The notes under the pieces were generated by a model that saw only the letters and a list, made by a program, of their open reading frames with translations, did no database searches and had not been told where the DNA came from. This document shows, in pieces, positions 10,570-23,670 of a stretch of 63,969 nt of DNA. The stretch lies in the NCBI RefSeq assembly GCF_004010195.1, contig NC_057738.1, positions 31,709,164 through 31,773,132 of the forward strand, in the 5' to 3' direction. The DNA comes from Chiloscyllium plagiosum (lineage: Eukaryota). A program made the translations under genes and the position numbers. Each line of letters starts with the position of its first letter. Position 1 is the first letter of the stretch.

Positions 10570-13500
10570 AAAAGCCGCGACCTCTGAAACTACAGCACAA
10601 TTGGCTGTGGATCAGGTCTGGACTCTTGAACAGCGAGTCCAATCCTTAGAGAATCACATTGATGACCTTGAGAATCGAGGTTGTTGAAAAAATATTCATT
10701 TGCTGGGCCTTCCAGAATGGGAAGAGGAAGGCCAGCTTACAGTGTTCCTTGAACAGTGGTTTCAACAGCTGTTAAATCTGGAGGCTGGATCAGGCCAGGT
10801 AAGGGTGGAATGGGCCTACTGGGTTGCAATACGTGGGCCCAGCTCAAACCAGCGTCCCCCGCCCAGTCCTGTTCCGGCTGCAGAGCTTCAAGGAGAGGCA
10901 GATACTCTTAGAAGCCTCCCGAAATCTTGAAAATGATCCCCAAGCCATGATCTATAAAGGATCCAAGATCATGTTATTCCAGGGCTTTTTCCCAGCTCTG
11001 GTCTGAAAAAGGAAGGCGTTTGATGAAGCGAAGAAGTATTTAAGGGACTTAGATATTCAGTACTCCTTGCACTACCCAGCAACGCTACCCTTTAACCATT
11101 AAGGGTCCGTGTATAACTTCGGATCGCCGGAAAAGGCCAAGGAATTTTTGGACTCTCTTAGATAAACTGTAAGAGTTAATTGATGTTGTTTTGCTTTCCC
11201 CCCACTGCGGTTTACATCCCCCTTTTTTTATATATATTAATCCCTTTTTTTTACCTTAATGTTTAATATTATCTTGGGGGATGGGGAGAGAGATTTATTT
11301 ATTTGTTCTCTACTTAACGATTTTCTCCCCTTTTTTTTATTCTATATATATATGCCGGGGGTCTAGTTAATGTTGGTGGGGGGAGGTGGTTACCTTATCC
11401 TATTTTATCTCTGTCTTTAGGAGCGGGGTTGTCAAGGGTGGGGCACTGGTTGGGAGAGGATACGATGGACTTTTGGAAAGGAAGTGATAACCCCTGGAAC
11501 AAGGGGGAAATCTCCATTTAAATCCGTTTTATATTTTTTTTATTTAGAAATAGTTTTTTATTATACTGTTGTGACTGTATTAGAGAGCCTTTATTTTTGT
11601 GAATTTTATATGCTCTATGCTCGGGATGTTCTGGATAGGGTTTCCCCTCATGAGGGGTCTTGGACTTGCCCGGATGATTATGGTTGATCAGTTGGTTAAG
11701 TGGTGCACCTGGAATGTCAAGGGGAGTAATTCACCAGTCAAAAGGAAGAAAATATTATCAAACCTCAAGAAAGAAAGGGTTGATATAGCTCTCCTACAGG
11801 AGACACACTTATTGGATAAAGAACACTTGAAATTACGAAAGGGTGGATTTGATCAGGCCTTTTTTTCTTCTTTTAGCTCAAAAAGCAAGGGAGTTGTTAT
11901 TCTTATTCAGAAGAATTTCCCTTTCAAAATCCTAAATCAGATAAAAGACGAGCTGGATGATATATTCTGATTAAAGCCCTTATAAATGGAGAGGAATATG
12001 GGATTTTAAATTTGTATTGCCCCCGGCCCATCCTTTTAAATTTATAACGGAAGCCTTCTCAAAATTGATGGCTCTCGGTGCTCGTCATACAATTATAGGG
12101 GGAGACTTTAATTGTATTATGGATCTGGAAATAGATAGGATTCCCAAGAGTACTGCAGGAGTATCTCCCAGATCTAGACAATTGGTGGAGCTGAACAAAG
12201 AATTAGGATTAGAAAATGTATGGAGATGTCTTCATCCACAGGGCAGAGATTTTTCTTTTTACTCCAATCCACATAAATGCCATACCAGAATCGATATGTT
12301 TTTTGCCCCCTCAAGTTTTTTAAATTCCATATCATCCTGTAAAATAGGCAGTATAGCAATTTCCGATCACGCTGCTGTATATATGGAAATCAAGGCGAGG
12401 AACAATGAGACATCCCCCCGGCATTGGCATATGGACCCCTTCCTGATGAAAGATAGTAAATTTGTAAAGTACTTCTCTCAAGAATTTAAAACTTTTTTAG
12501 AAATTAATTCAGGTACGGCTAGCAACCCATCAATGATGTGGGAGACCACCGAAGTTTACGCGCGAGTTTTGATCATCTCATACTCAGCGACCCAGAAAAA
12601 CTTAAAGCGAGAACAATAGCATCTGCTCGAAGCTCGCTTAAAAGCGGCTGAAACAGTATACGCTGACAGACCTTCTATTATCAAATTACAAAGGATTACG
12701 GCCCTTAGGACAGCTCTAAACACCACGCTTACCCAAACGGCTAAGAGGGAACTATTATTTGCAAAACAAAGGTTATATAAATTTGGCGATAAACCTGGTT
12801 GACACTAGCATTTCTTGCAAAGAAAAAGAAGGCCCCTCAAACTATCACGTCTATCAAGGAAAGTACGGGTATTTTGACTCATGATCATAAAAGGATTAAC
12901 GCAATCTTTAGAAAATTTTATTCTGATTTATATAAATCACAGGATTGCAAAGACAGGACTAGGAGGATGCAGTCATTTTTTAAAAACCTGACCTTTCCGG
13001 ACCTAACTCTGGAACAGGTATCAGTCCTGAATGTTCCCTTAACAATCCAAGAAATACTTGACACAATCAGGCAACTTCAGAGCGGTAAGACACCTGGCCC
13101 AGATGGCTTTCAAGCTGAATTCTATAAAGAATTTACAGGAATATTGGCTAGTCCACTTATGGACATGTATAACTATTCATACAGTCAGGGCTGTCTCCCG
13201 CCTTCGCTGAAAGAGGCGAATATCTCTCTTATCCTCAAAGAAGGAAAGGACCCAGAAGTTGTATGTCATACAGACCAATATCCTTGCTAAATGCAGATTT
13301 TAAAATCCTTTCTAAAACTTTAGCATTGAGACTAGAAAGGGTACTGCCACATATTATAAAGGAGGATCAGACGGGGTTTATTAAAGGTCGTAGATCATCC
13401 AATAATGTCAGAGGGTTTTGAATGTGATTCAAGCCTGTCATCAGGGAAAGATAACAGGAGTAGTAGTCTCATTAGAAGTGGAAAAGGCATTCAACAGGGT

Positions 13501-15823
13501 TGAATGGTCATATTTGTTTTACACATTGGAAAGGTGTTTACCAAATGGGTCTCAACATTAAATAGTAATCCCAAAGCAGTTGTGATTACCAATGGATTAG
13601 GCTCAGATAGCTTCAGTGTGGATAGGGTCTGCCGTCAGGGATGTCCTCTCTTGCCATTGCTATTTATGCTAATAATTGAGCCACTAGCAGAAGTTATATG
13701 GGCTGACCCTAATATAACGGTCCTGAGGATTGGTACAGGTAAACATAAAATTACCCTTTATGCAGATGATGTTCTTCTTTTTCTCAGTAAGCCCCTGATG
13801 TCCGTGCCTCGTTTCATCCAAGTTATTAATACATTTAGTGTATTTTCAGGTTATAAAATTAATTTCTCAAAATCAGAGGCTATGCCAATGGGTGACCTTG
13901 CTAGTATATCCCACTTATTTGATGGATCCCACTTTCCCTTTTGGTGGTCCCTGGAGGGTTTCTTATATTTAGGCATTTTTATTACCCCAGTATTTGGTCA
14001 GTTATACAAGGCTAACTTTGTGCATTTACTGGAAAGGATAAGGCAGGACCTCCAGCGATGGTGTGACCTTCCAATTTCCTGGCTAGGTAGAATAGCACTA
14101 ATTGAAATGAATGTCCTGCCCTGTCTCCTATACTCCATGAGAATGCTTCCGGTGATGCTGCCGAGGCTGGCACTACGTAAATTATATGGCTGGTTGGGTT
14201 CCTTTATCTGGAATCATAGACGACCCCTCATTAAGCTGAAGAAGCTACAGCTTCCACAGGCAAGGGGAGGACTGGATTTCCCATATTTTAGGATATATCA
14301 GTTAAGTTCCCTATTAAATTACATTGGGTCTTGTCTGACCCGCAATCAATCTGGCTGGACATCGAGGCTTCTCAAGTAAAATGCCCAGTTATTAACCTTT
14401 TATTTTCAGACAAGAGGAATATCATCACAGATCAATGCAAAAACCCTATAATACTAAACACAATTAAAGCTTGGAATATAATGCGGCAAAATGAGGGCAA
14501 TTCACATAAAACATCCCCCTATGCTCCGATAGTGGGAGCATGGGGATTTCAACTGGGGCTTACAGATGTCACTTTCAAACTCTGGACATCCAGGGGTATC
14601 TCCTGTTTAGGGGATCTGGTTAAAGAAGGGGTCCTGATGTCTTTTGAACAGCTGCGTCAGAAATTTGGATTACCTGATGGAGACTTCTATCGATACTTCA
14701 AAATTTGAGATTACATACAGAAGAAGACTATGTTATTAGATAGTCTTTATAAATCAGATAGAAAACATAGAATGCTATGGCCAATGGGGGTATCTTCCGT
14801 CAGTACTATTTATCACTTATTACAAGATGAAGTATCGGGAGATATGGACAATCTGCTTAAAACATGGGATCAGGATTTGGGACTAGAAATCTCTATAGAA
14901 ACATGGAATGACATTTGGGAAAACGCCAGAAGAATCACCATCTGTAACAGAACTCAGGCTATCCAGCTGAAGATACTTCATAGGGCCCATATAGCACCGG
15001 ATCGATTGGCAAAATTTAAGGCAGGAGCATCTTCAATGTGTCCCAAATGTAAAATAGAGGTGGGCACTCTTGTACATTGCTTATGGACCTGTCATAAGAT
15101 CTGTAGATATTGGACTAAAGTAGCAAGTGCTCTGACAGAAATCTTAGGAACGGAAATTAGAGTGGACCCTGTATCTCTCCTTTTGGGCTTTTCAAACTTA
15201 CCCTGCCTGGATATGCACAGGAAGAGATTATTTTCTATTCTCTCTTTCTGTGCAAGGAAAAATATTTTGGTAAACTGGTTGGCTGAGGGCCCCCCTGGAC
15301 TTTCAAATTGGCACAGATTAATTATGGAATGTATTCCCCTTGACTTCCTTACAAATATGGTGCACCAAAAGACCGCATTATTCCACAAAATATGGCAGCC
15401 CTTCTTGAATTATATAAATACAGATATTTCGACCATCCTAACTAGGGCTTTTATTTAATTGAGATAGTCCGGGGCCCCTTGGGAGAGGAATCCTGCATGA
15501 ATACGGGTTTTGTTACATTTGATGTTAATACATTCCGAGCATGTATCTCACTACCCAATTTCTGTGTCATCCGTTGTTTTTTTTTCTTTTATTTGAATAA
15601 TGTAAGAGACTTAATTATACACTCTGGTTAGTTGTAGGTTAGATTAGTAGTTAGCTGAGTTTTGTTTTTTTTTTCTTGGTATTTTTCTTTTGTTAAATTT
15701 TGGTTATTATTTATTTAAGATTTAATTGTATATCAATGTTTATACTTGGGGTTTTTTTATTTGTAAACTTGTAAAAATATGTTAAATTTTCAATAAAAAT
15801 ATCTATATATATAAAAAAGAAAA
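10570..15823 (+). mobile_element. L1-clade LINE, 5'-truncated within ORF1, inactive
   Basis: ORF1 remnant DDLENRG..KNIHLLGLPE to ~11165; ORF2 APE-RT-zinc knuckle; AATAAA at 15792-15797; A-tail 15813-15823. Confidence 0.95.
11674..15458 (+). pseudogene. L1 ORF2 (endonuclease/reverse transcriptase), frameshifted
   Basis: TWNVKG, LLQETHL, IIGGDFN, RIDMFF, SDH; GKTPGPDG, RQGCPL, LYADD, FLYLG; CPKC...HCLWTC; split over several ORF-track segments. Confidence 0.93.
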
Positions 15824-16004
15824 GTTTCACAGAGGTGTGAATAGATGAGGGTTTTCACATTCCCCAAGGATTTTGAGTCTTTGTTTTCATCCCACCATGG
15901 AATGCAGCATTATGATTTATAGTCACTAGTCTGTCTGGTGTCTATCTTGTTAAGACACACAATTGTCTGCAGGGGTCCTCTGACCTTTAACTTATCTTAG
16001 AGGT

Positions 16005-16147
16005 ATGATGAGGAGGTTCCAGTGTTGAACTGAGGTGGACAAAGTTAAAAACCTAGCTACCTGATCAAGGCGCAGTGCTCCGAAAGCTAGTACTTCTAAA
16101 TATACCTGTTGGACTATAACCTAGTGTTGTGTGATTCTTAACTTTGA
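16005..16147. mobile_element. PLE family B fragment with degenerate hammerhead
   Basis: TAC-CTGATCA-AGGCGCAGTGCTCC-GAAAGCTA-GTA (~16058-16093) plus family B arm and tail. Confidence 0.75.
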
Positions 16148-16427
16148 TCTTATATGGAATAGGAACATTAGAAATTGCACTTTCAGAGATTAAAAAATGC
16201 TTGTAACAGGGTAATGAGTACAAAAGAGTGGGAATCGGTGAAGTGCTCCATCAGAGAGTTAACACTGGGATAACAAGTTGCAACCATTCTATGATTCTAT
16301 CTATTAAATTAAACCTGTCATTGGGTCATACTGCACAGAAGAGGTCCTTCACGTTTGCACAGGCTCGTCTACACTAATCTCACTGTCACGTTTCTACATA
16401 TTTCACTCATCTGTCTATGTCCCGGAG

Positions 16428-16752
16428 TCATAGAATTCCTACAGTGTGAAAGGAGGCAATTCAGCCCATCGTGTCCACAACAACCTTCCATAGAGCATCC
16501 CACCCAGACCCATGCCTGTAACCCTGCATTTCCCATGGTAAACTCACCTAGCCTATACAACCTCAGACAGTATGGGCATTTTAAGCATGGCCAGCCACCT
16601 AACCTGCACATCTTTGGCTGGGGGATGAAATCAGAGCAAACCCACGCAAACACAGGGAGAATGTGCAACCTCCACACAGTTACGCAAGGCTGGAATCGAA
16701 CCCAGGGTCCCTGGTACTGTGATGTAGCAGTGCTCACCACTGAGCCACCGTG
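16428..16752 (-). mobile_element. HE1-type SINE (full length)
   Basis: Tail CATAGAATTCCTACAG; core GAGAATGTGCAACCTCCACAC; head GGAATCGAACCC...CACTGAGCCACCGTGC. Confidence 0.88.
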
Positions 16753-16809
16753 CTGTCCTGTAGAGGTCTATTAACATTCTTCTTTTTTACTGAACTCCCA
16801 AGTTATGTC

Positions 16810-16899
16810 TTTGAGGAGAAAGTGAGGTCTGCAGATGCTGGAGATCAGAGATGGAAATGTGTTGCTGACCTGCTGCGCTTTTCCAGCAACACATTTCCA
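16810..16899. mobile_element. 90-bp PLE family A mini-hairpin with 14-bp TSD
   Basis: TSD TCCCAAGTTATGTC at 16796-16809 and 16900-16913; arms ATGGAAATGTGTTGCTG / CAGCAACACATTTCCAT. Confidence 0.85.
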
Positions 16900-19119
16900 T
16901 CCCAAGTTATGTCCCCTTTACCAGGTCCTTAACATTTATCGGAAGCGACCCCAGGAGCAACACTGTGTACTGCTCTCCAGTCTGAAAAATAACTGCTGTC
17001 TGTTTTCTGTCTCTTCAGCTCATTTTGTACTCACACCGCCAGAGCCATGGGTTTCAATTTTGCAAAGAGAATTACGTACTTTACAAAACACCTTTTAAAA
17101 GTCTATGCAGATGTCATCCACATGATCTGCGTCATTCTCTCCTTTCGTGTCCCTGAACATTCTGACATGGTAAGTGTATGTCTACTTCTGCAGACTGACA
17201 CCAGCTTTTTTTTTATATCTCAAGGTGAGAAATCAGATTAAAAATTACCGAGGTAGAAAATTCCCCTCCCCCAGACAACTGACAAGAATAGAGTGAGTGA
17301 AACGTTATCAGCCTCAGCATGTTCTTCCTGCCGATAACTTGATGATTTGAGAAGGTGTTTTCACCCGTAGACATGGACCGCCAGTACTGTAATGAGCAAA
17401 GTAATTGTTCATGTCTGAAGACACCTTCACTCTTTAATGAAACCTGACTATATCTTCCACTAACATTCTCACGTACACTATAGCACTGCATCTGTTATCA
17501 CTGAAATCTGCAACCACACCCCCCAATCCTCCAGCTCACTATTATCTTCCCACCACTAACTATGACATCATGTTCCGCTCATTTTGCCTCCATTTTAAAA
17601 TCTTTATTGCCTACCATCGAACTGAACTCCATGTCAAGCTTGAGACATTCTCACTGTGATCCTCTCTCAATCTTTCCAAAATGACTTATCAACCTCGCTA
17701 ATGTAAACCTCGACCTCAGCACACCTTGCCCATTCCTCTCTTGAGTTCGTGACCTTCCCAAAGATCTCTCAAAACACAATCAAGGCCAAAGCCTTCCCTA
17801 ATGACTTGCTGATTTCCCTCACAACTAAGCTCACTTCCAACCCCACTCCCTTCTATGATGTCTCTCAAAGAAAAGATATTACTCAAATTACTCACAGCAG
17901 CACATGACTATCTTTCTGCAGTAGTTGATTCACTTTGAAATATTTGAGTTCTTTCATATAAGGAGCACAAAACGTTATCATATTACAGAGCATACAGTGA
18001 GCATTATTGGTGAAGGTTAGAGTGCAGGAATAAAGAAGCCATTCTACAAATTGCTTTGGTGAAAACATGCACCTTATCATTTTGCCTGAATGTCTAATCT
18101 TTTACTTCTTCTCTCTTAAGAATGCACACATCACCCAGCAAAGACTAATTCGCCTAAAAATATCGCGCTGAAATGCTGCAGACCTGTCTTCCTGAGCCAA
18201 TCACACGTCTAACCAAACCCTTTCATCGCAACCACACTGAAATCTAACCAATCCTGTCGAACATTATTCATTTACAGCCTGTCTACAAGAAGCAGGACAA
18301 ATGCAATTTGGACCTAACATCACTCTCTCAGACTAACTACCAACAAAATGAATGAAGCAGCCCTTACTCATCAATAATCCAGTCACTGACTCTCGGTTTG
18401 CGTTCTGCTCGGCCTACTCAACTCCAGAGCCCATGAGAGACCTTGGCACAAACATGGAAGAAAGAGTTACATTCAAGCTTCTAGCTGCTCTCAAGAGTGA
18501 TGAGGACAATGCTGCAATTCTTCAATGTAATTCAACAGCTGCCTGGAAAGCAGACTTCCAGAAGTATTGTCAAACAAAGAGACCTTGGGTGTAGGTTCAA
18601 AGTTCCTTGAAGGTGGTGTCACAGGTAAACAGAGTAGTGAAAAAGGCAAATGGTATGTTTGCTTTTATTGGTCAGTGCATTGAGTATAGAACGGGGGAGG
18701 TCATCTTGCAGCTGTATAGGACATTGGATAGGCCACGTTTGGAATACTGCATTCAATTCTAGCCTCCCTGCTGTAGGAAAGATATTGTGAAACTTGAAAC
18801 AATGCAGAGAGAATTTACAAGGGAGTTGCCAGGGTTGGAAGGTTTGAGCTATAAGGAGAGGCTGAATAGGCTGGGACTATTTTCTCTGGAGGGTCAGAGG
18901 CTGAGGATTATTGAGGTTTATAAAATCATGAGGGCATGGATAGGGGGAATAGCCAAGGTTTTTTTCCTGGGGTGGGGAAGTCCAGAAGTAGAGGACATAG
19001 GTAAAAGAAGAGAGGGGAAAGATTTAAAAGTGACATAAGGGACAGGCAACATTTTTATGCAGAGGGTGGTGCATGTATGGAATGAGCTACCAGAGAAAGT
19101 GGTGTAGGCTAGTGCAATT

Positions 19120-19255
19120 CTCCCTACCTTTTATCTTCTCCTGCTGAACACACTCTGCTCATTCCTGAAGAAGGGCCTGTGCCCGAAACGTCGAATCTCC
19201 TGTTCCCTGGATGCTGCCTGACCTGCTGTGCTGTTCCAGCAATAAAGTTTCAACT
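19120..19255 (+). mobile_element. PLE pLTR fragment (family A variant)
   Basis: Pyrimidine-rich leader, intact hammerhead motif, arm GATGCTGCCTGACCTGCTG, AATAAA at 19241. Confidence 0.8.
19161..19196 (+). ncRNA. Minimal type I hammerhead ribozyme motif (family A, intact core)
   Basis: ATTC-CTGAAGA-A-GGGC(CTGT)GCCC-GAAA-C-GTC-GAAT: helix I ATTC/GAAT, helix II GGGC/GCCC, palindromic ACGT helix III; predicted cut after C19192. Confidence 0.75.
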
Positions 19256-19739
19256 ACAATATTTAAAAGGCATCTGGATGGTACATGAATAGGAAGGGTT
19301 GAGAGGGATATGGGTCAAATGCTAGCAAATGGGACTAGATTAATTTAGGATATCTGATCATCATGGACGAGTTGGACTGAGGAGTCTGTTTCCATGCTGT
19401 AAGACTCCATGATTCTAAGAGATATCACGAGCGTGGTCTGCATTTGATCAGGCAGCAATGGCCAAGGAAAATGATTAGGAATTTGGAAAAGACAGTGTTG
19501 TGTGACTGATACCAGAATATCCACTCTGATAACAAACTATGATGGACTTGTGGCTACAAAGATATGGGAGGAATATTCCGATTTCAGAGGAAGAAATTAT
19601 TTGTGTCCAGTTTTGGTCACAAAGTGCATGTGGTGTAGTAAGCAGATATCTGGTCCCCATGAACAATTTTGATTATGTTATAGGTAGGATGACTCTAACT
19701 GTAAAATAATATAAATGCACACTTTTAATAGCTCATAAA

Positions 19740-20327
19740 CAAACTGCAAAAAGGTTTGCAAAATTACTTCTGTTCAATGGATATAATGGTCTGGCTGCTC
19801 CTAGTTCCACACAGGCCCCCAGAGGAATGAAAGGAAACACCGACTAGAATATAGTCTTTTAGGTTTGATTGATAAATTTATCTTTAATCAGCTTAAGTTG
19901 TTCTCTCACCTCACGTTTATGGATCAGTTTGAAAGGACTGAAACCTGTGGATTCATCAGGGACATCCAAAATATAACAGTGGGAATTCCTTTTTCCCAAT
20001 GACTAAGACATTTCCGAGAAGAGGCTTTGATCAGTCTTTAATGCCATCTTTCCAACACTCCCTTGAGATTGTTGAACATAAGTGAAAGATAGAAATAATT
20101 TTCTTCCCAAACGATTGATTATTTCTTTGAATATTTGTGATATAAAAATTGACTCTTGATCTGATTGTATTTCTTCAACAAATCCATACTTTTTTAAAAA
20201 TGCTAACCTTTCCACCACTGTTGTTTTCAGTATTTTCCCTCAAAGACACTGTCTTAGGATATATTGTTGCAACATCCATAATTGTTAAAAGGTGTTAATT
20301 TCAAATCTTAGTTTTAAGTAGAGGCCC
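19740..20327 (-). mobile_element. Gypsy LTR-retrotransposon integrase remnant
   Basis: Minus strand GPLLKT...LLTIMDVAT, IQSDQESIF, QQSQG, DESTGFSPFKLIHKREVR. Confidence 0.8.
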
Positions 20328-20780
20328 TATCGGAGAAATTTGCCCAGTAGGTTAGAGATCACAAAACACAGCTCAAAGTGCAATTGATAAACCGTTTATT
20401 GTAAGCGATATCGCTGGAGGAGAAAATAGACTAGCTGACACAGAACTAATAGTCTGCACAGAGAATTTGATTTCTCCTCCCACAGCTGAGGATGTGACCA
20501 GTTTTATAGCTCGGGAATTCTGGGTGTCCTGGTACAATTTGGCCAATTTGCTTTTGTGGGTCTATCGTAGGTTAGCAAATCTTTTCCCACAATTCCCCCT
20601 TTTTTTTGTTTTGCTTAGGGGAGGGACAAGAAGGGGGCAATGTAGCCAGAGCCAGGGGGATTGTCAGGTGGGGGGGGGGTCCGTATCGGACAGGTAGCTC
20701 TCAGTGTCCGAGTCCGGCCCAGCAGAGGCTATCCAGGGGCAGGGCTGTTCTCCCAGTGGACCTGTGCTAGCTGAGTGGTT
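20328..20780 (-). mobile_element. Retrovirus-like 3' end: internal segment, PPT and ~264-bp LTR
   Basis: Minus strand AAAAAAAAGGGGGAAT (20607-20592) then TGTGGG (LTR start 20591); TATAAAA (20508-20502); AATAAA (20400-20395); imperfect terminal inverted repeat at 20328. Confidence 0.65.
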
Positions 20781-21335
20781 TAATCTCTTTCTGTCACTAT
20801 TTTTCTTTGTTCTCTCTTTCCAAATCAAGCTTTCTTATTTCCAATTCTCTATTTCTTCTTTTCTCCTCATTTTCACTCCATTTTCCCTCTGTTTTCAGTA
20901 AAATTTAATCTTTCATTCTTTCTTTCCTCTAATTCATATGTTTTCACTTCATTTCTCTCTCTAAGTCAGTTTTATTTTCAATTCAGACTGTCTCCTAGCC
21001 AATTCTGGGTGCAAACTCTCAATTGCAGTTTCTGTCCTAATTTAAAATGCCGAATAATCATTTTATACATCTTATTCTTGCAAGGTCTCATTTTAATTTC
21101 TACTTAAATTTATCTGCTACCTTTCAGTTTAGTCTTGGTTAATATTTCAAGTGATATTAAGTGATTAAGCATTATGCCTTCTGCTCTCATCAACATTCAA
21201 TTCTACCTTGAATATTCAACCCATGCAAAAACTTCACAACATAGACATTTACACTTATATTCAGAACCTCAACATACACTATTCACGAAAAGAGTCACAT
21301 ATCCCTTTTAAGTTCAATGAATTCAAATCCCCCAT
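20780..21335 (-). mobile_element. Probable Gypsy gag 5' region
   Basis: Purine-rich (E/K/R-coding) minus strand; CCCCCA next to TGTTATG at 21329-21342 resembles a PBS/LTR junction. Confidence 0.35.
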
Positions 21336-22299
21336 TGTTATGATATGAACAGATGATGCTCCTAGACAATCGAGATCTCAGGATAAAACCTGGATTGATA
21401 GATTGTGTGCTTTGTTTTGTTTAGTTAATTAATGTGCTGGCTCGTCACTGAAACATATTCATAACAGGCTGCAGATTTTCTCTAACAGTAGAACAGTTTA
21501 TTGAACAAAAGAAGGATTTTTTGAAAACCATGCTTTCTAAATAGAAGGTGGTTAGCAAGGTCTAAAATGCACAAGAGACCAAAATTCAAAACAGCTTCCT
21601 GAGACTATGCATTTCAGAAACACAAATTCAGAGAAATCGCACATCTGTTTCAACTCTTTAGACTTCTACCAACTGATCCCTTCTTGCCCATAGACTGCGG
21701 AGACAGTTCAGTGAGTCCTTTCCAAATTTGTTGACATGAAGTGTTTCTCAAATCTAAACTTCCTCAATTCTAATAACTGCAGATTTCTCACCAAACCCTT
21801 CCGGTTTAGAAGTCTCACAAATTAAAACTTTCTGCTGAGGTGACTTGCTCCATCAACCCTTTAGAGAGACACACAAATAGCTTCTAAACTTAATGCTGGT
21901 AACTTCAGGGCTGATTTTTTGAAAGAATCAATTTATTCATCCTAGATTTTTCTGAACTGGAAGCAAAGCTTTATACTCTACCAAACCTATCATAAATACA
22001 GCAGTATAAACATATTTGCATTAATACCACAGGGATCCACAAGAATGCTGTCATTGTACAGCAGAAATTCCCCACCAAATGGCAACTAGGCCTTTCAACT
22101 TTGTTGCTGTCTGTGGGTTAAGCCATGAAATCCTGCAGTTTTGACAAACATATGAATAATGCTGTTTTAGTTTTAGTCTGATTCTGCAGCTTTTGTCTGA
22201 TTTTGATAACAGTATTAAAACACGAACCACTTTGGTTTTGTCCTGCAATAACCTCTGCTATCAATTCATTTATATGGAACCAACTGTATTGTTACACTA

Positions 22300-22510
22300 A
22301 AGTAAAACAGAGAACTGTTGATGCTGAAAGTCTGAAAGAAAAAAAAACTGCTTGAGAAACACAGTAGATCTGGCAGAATCTGTGGAAAGAGAAACAGTTA
22401 ACATTTTGATTCCATTGACCTTTCGTCAGAACAAATTCAAAATGTTAATGCTGCTTTATCACCACAGATGCTACCAGACCTACTGAGTTTCTTCAGCAAT
22501 TTCTGTGTTG
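22300..22510. mobile_element. PLE family C fold-back element
   Basis: Degenerate inverted arms; minus strand GTTCTGACGAAAGGTCAATGGAATCAAAATGTTAAC (degenerate hammerhead). Confidence 0.65.
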
Positions 22511-23185
22511 TAGTACACTGGTCAAAGCCAAGGTATAAAGTCAAGACAGACAAAATTTGAAATTCAAAGTCAGACGGAAACTACATTACAATCATCATGG
22601 GACAGACACTGACCCGAGAGAATCACACTTCTCCTTTTATGGTTATTAACCTATCTGTAAATCCTGATAACCATGAAGAGACTGGGTTTTAACAATAATT
22701 GGACTTATAAGGACTCATAAAGACAATTTTCATATTGCTAGAATTTCACCACAGCTTTCCAATTACGTTCTGCACTCAACTGGAACAGAAGTCAAAATTA
22801 TTTTCTTCTCTGAGAGGACTGTTGTGATTTTCTTGAGGGCTGTATTTTTATTTGGGGGTTGGGGTACATTTTTTGTTTTTAAGACACTCGTTTCTCATTC
22901 TCATTTAATCGTTTATTGGATGATACAATCACACAGTGCCAATGCCAGAAGTATTTGTGCTGGCCAGCAGAGTATTTGGACTGACACAGAATCTGAATTA
23001 GAAGAGTTCGTTGATAGCTTGATTATCTCCCAGTAAAACTAAAGGATCACAAGGAAAGCATTGTTTTCTTTGACATCACAGTATTTAGATTGGCACAAGA
23101 CAACAGTCACAAGTTAGCAACAAATGTATTTGCTTCAAAATAACTGACAAATCTCTACACAAAAATCATCACTTTAACACATCAT

Positions 23186-23670
23186 GTTGTGAAACTTGAC
23201 AGGGTTCAGAAAGGATTTACAAGGATGCTACCAGGGTTGGAGGATTTGAGCTATAGGGAGAAGCTGAATAGGCTGGCGCTATTTTCTTTGGTGTGTCAGA
23301 GGTTGAGGGGTGACTATATAGACTGTTTATAAAATCATGAGGAGCATGGATAGGGTAAATAGACAAGGTCTTTATCCCAAGATAGAGGAGTCCTAAACTA
23401 GAGAGCATAGGTTTAAAATGAGAGGAGAAAGATTTAAAAAGGACCTGAGGGGGGACTTTTTCATGCAGACGATAGTACATGTATGGAAGGAGTTGCCAGC
23501 GGAAGTGGTGGAGGCTGGTACAATAACAACATTTAAAAGGCATCTGGATGGGTATATGAAAAGGAAAGATTTAGAGGGATTTGAGACAAAAGCTGGCAAA
23601 TGGGACTAGATTAATTAAGGATATCTGGTCAGCATGGATGAGTTGGACTGAAGGATCTGTATCTGTGTAA
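23186..23670 (+). mobile_element. CR1/HER1 LINE 3' end
   Basis: RGERFKKDLRGDFFMQTIVHVWKELPAEVVEAG...FKRHLD. Confidence 0.9.

Larger units (their letters stand above)
18583..19420 (+). mobile_element. CR1/HER1 LINE 3' end
   Basis: QREFTRELPGLEGLSYKERLNRLGLFSLE; CR1 3' tail; interrupted by a PLE at ~19120-19255. Confidence 0.9.

Noticed and set aside
10570-15823. L1 as an active or domesticated gene
   Set aside because: 5'-truncated, with multiple frameshifts and stops in ORF1 and ORF2; no TSD identified
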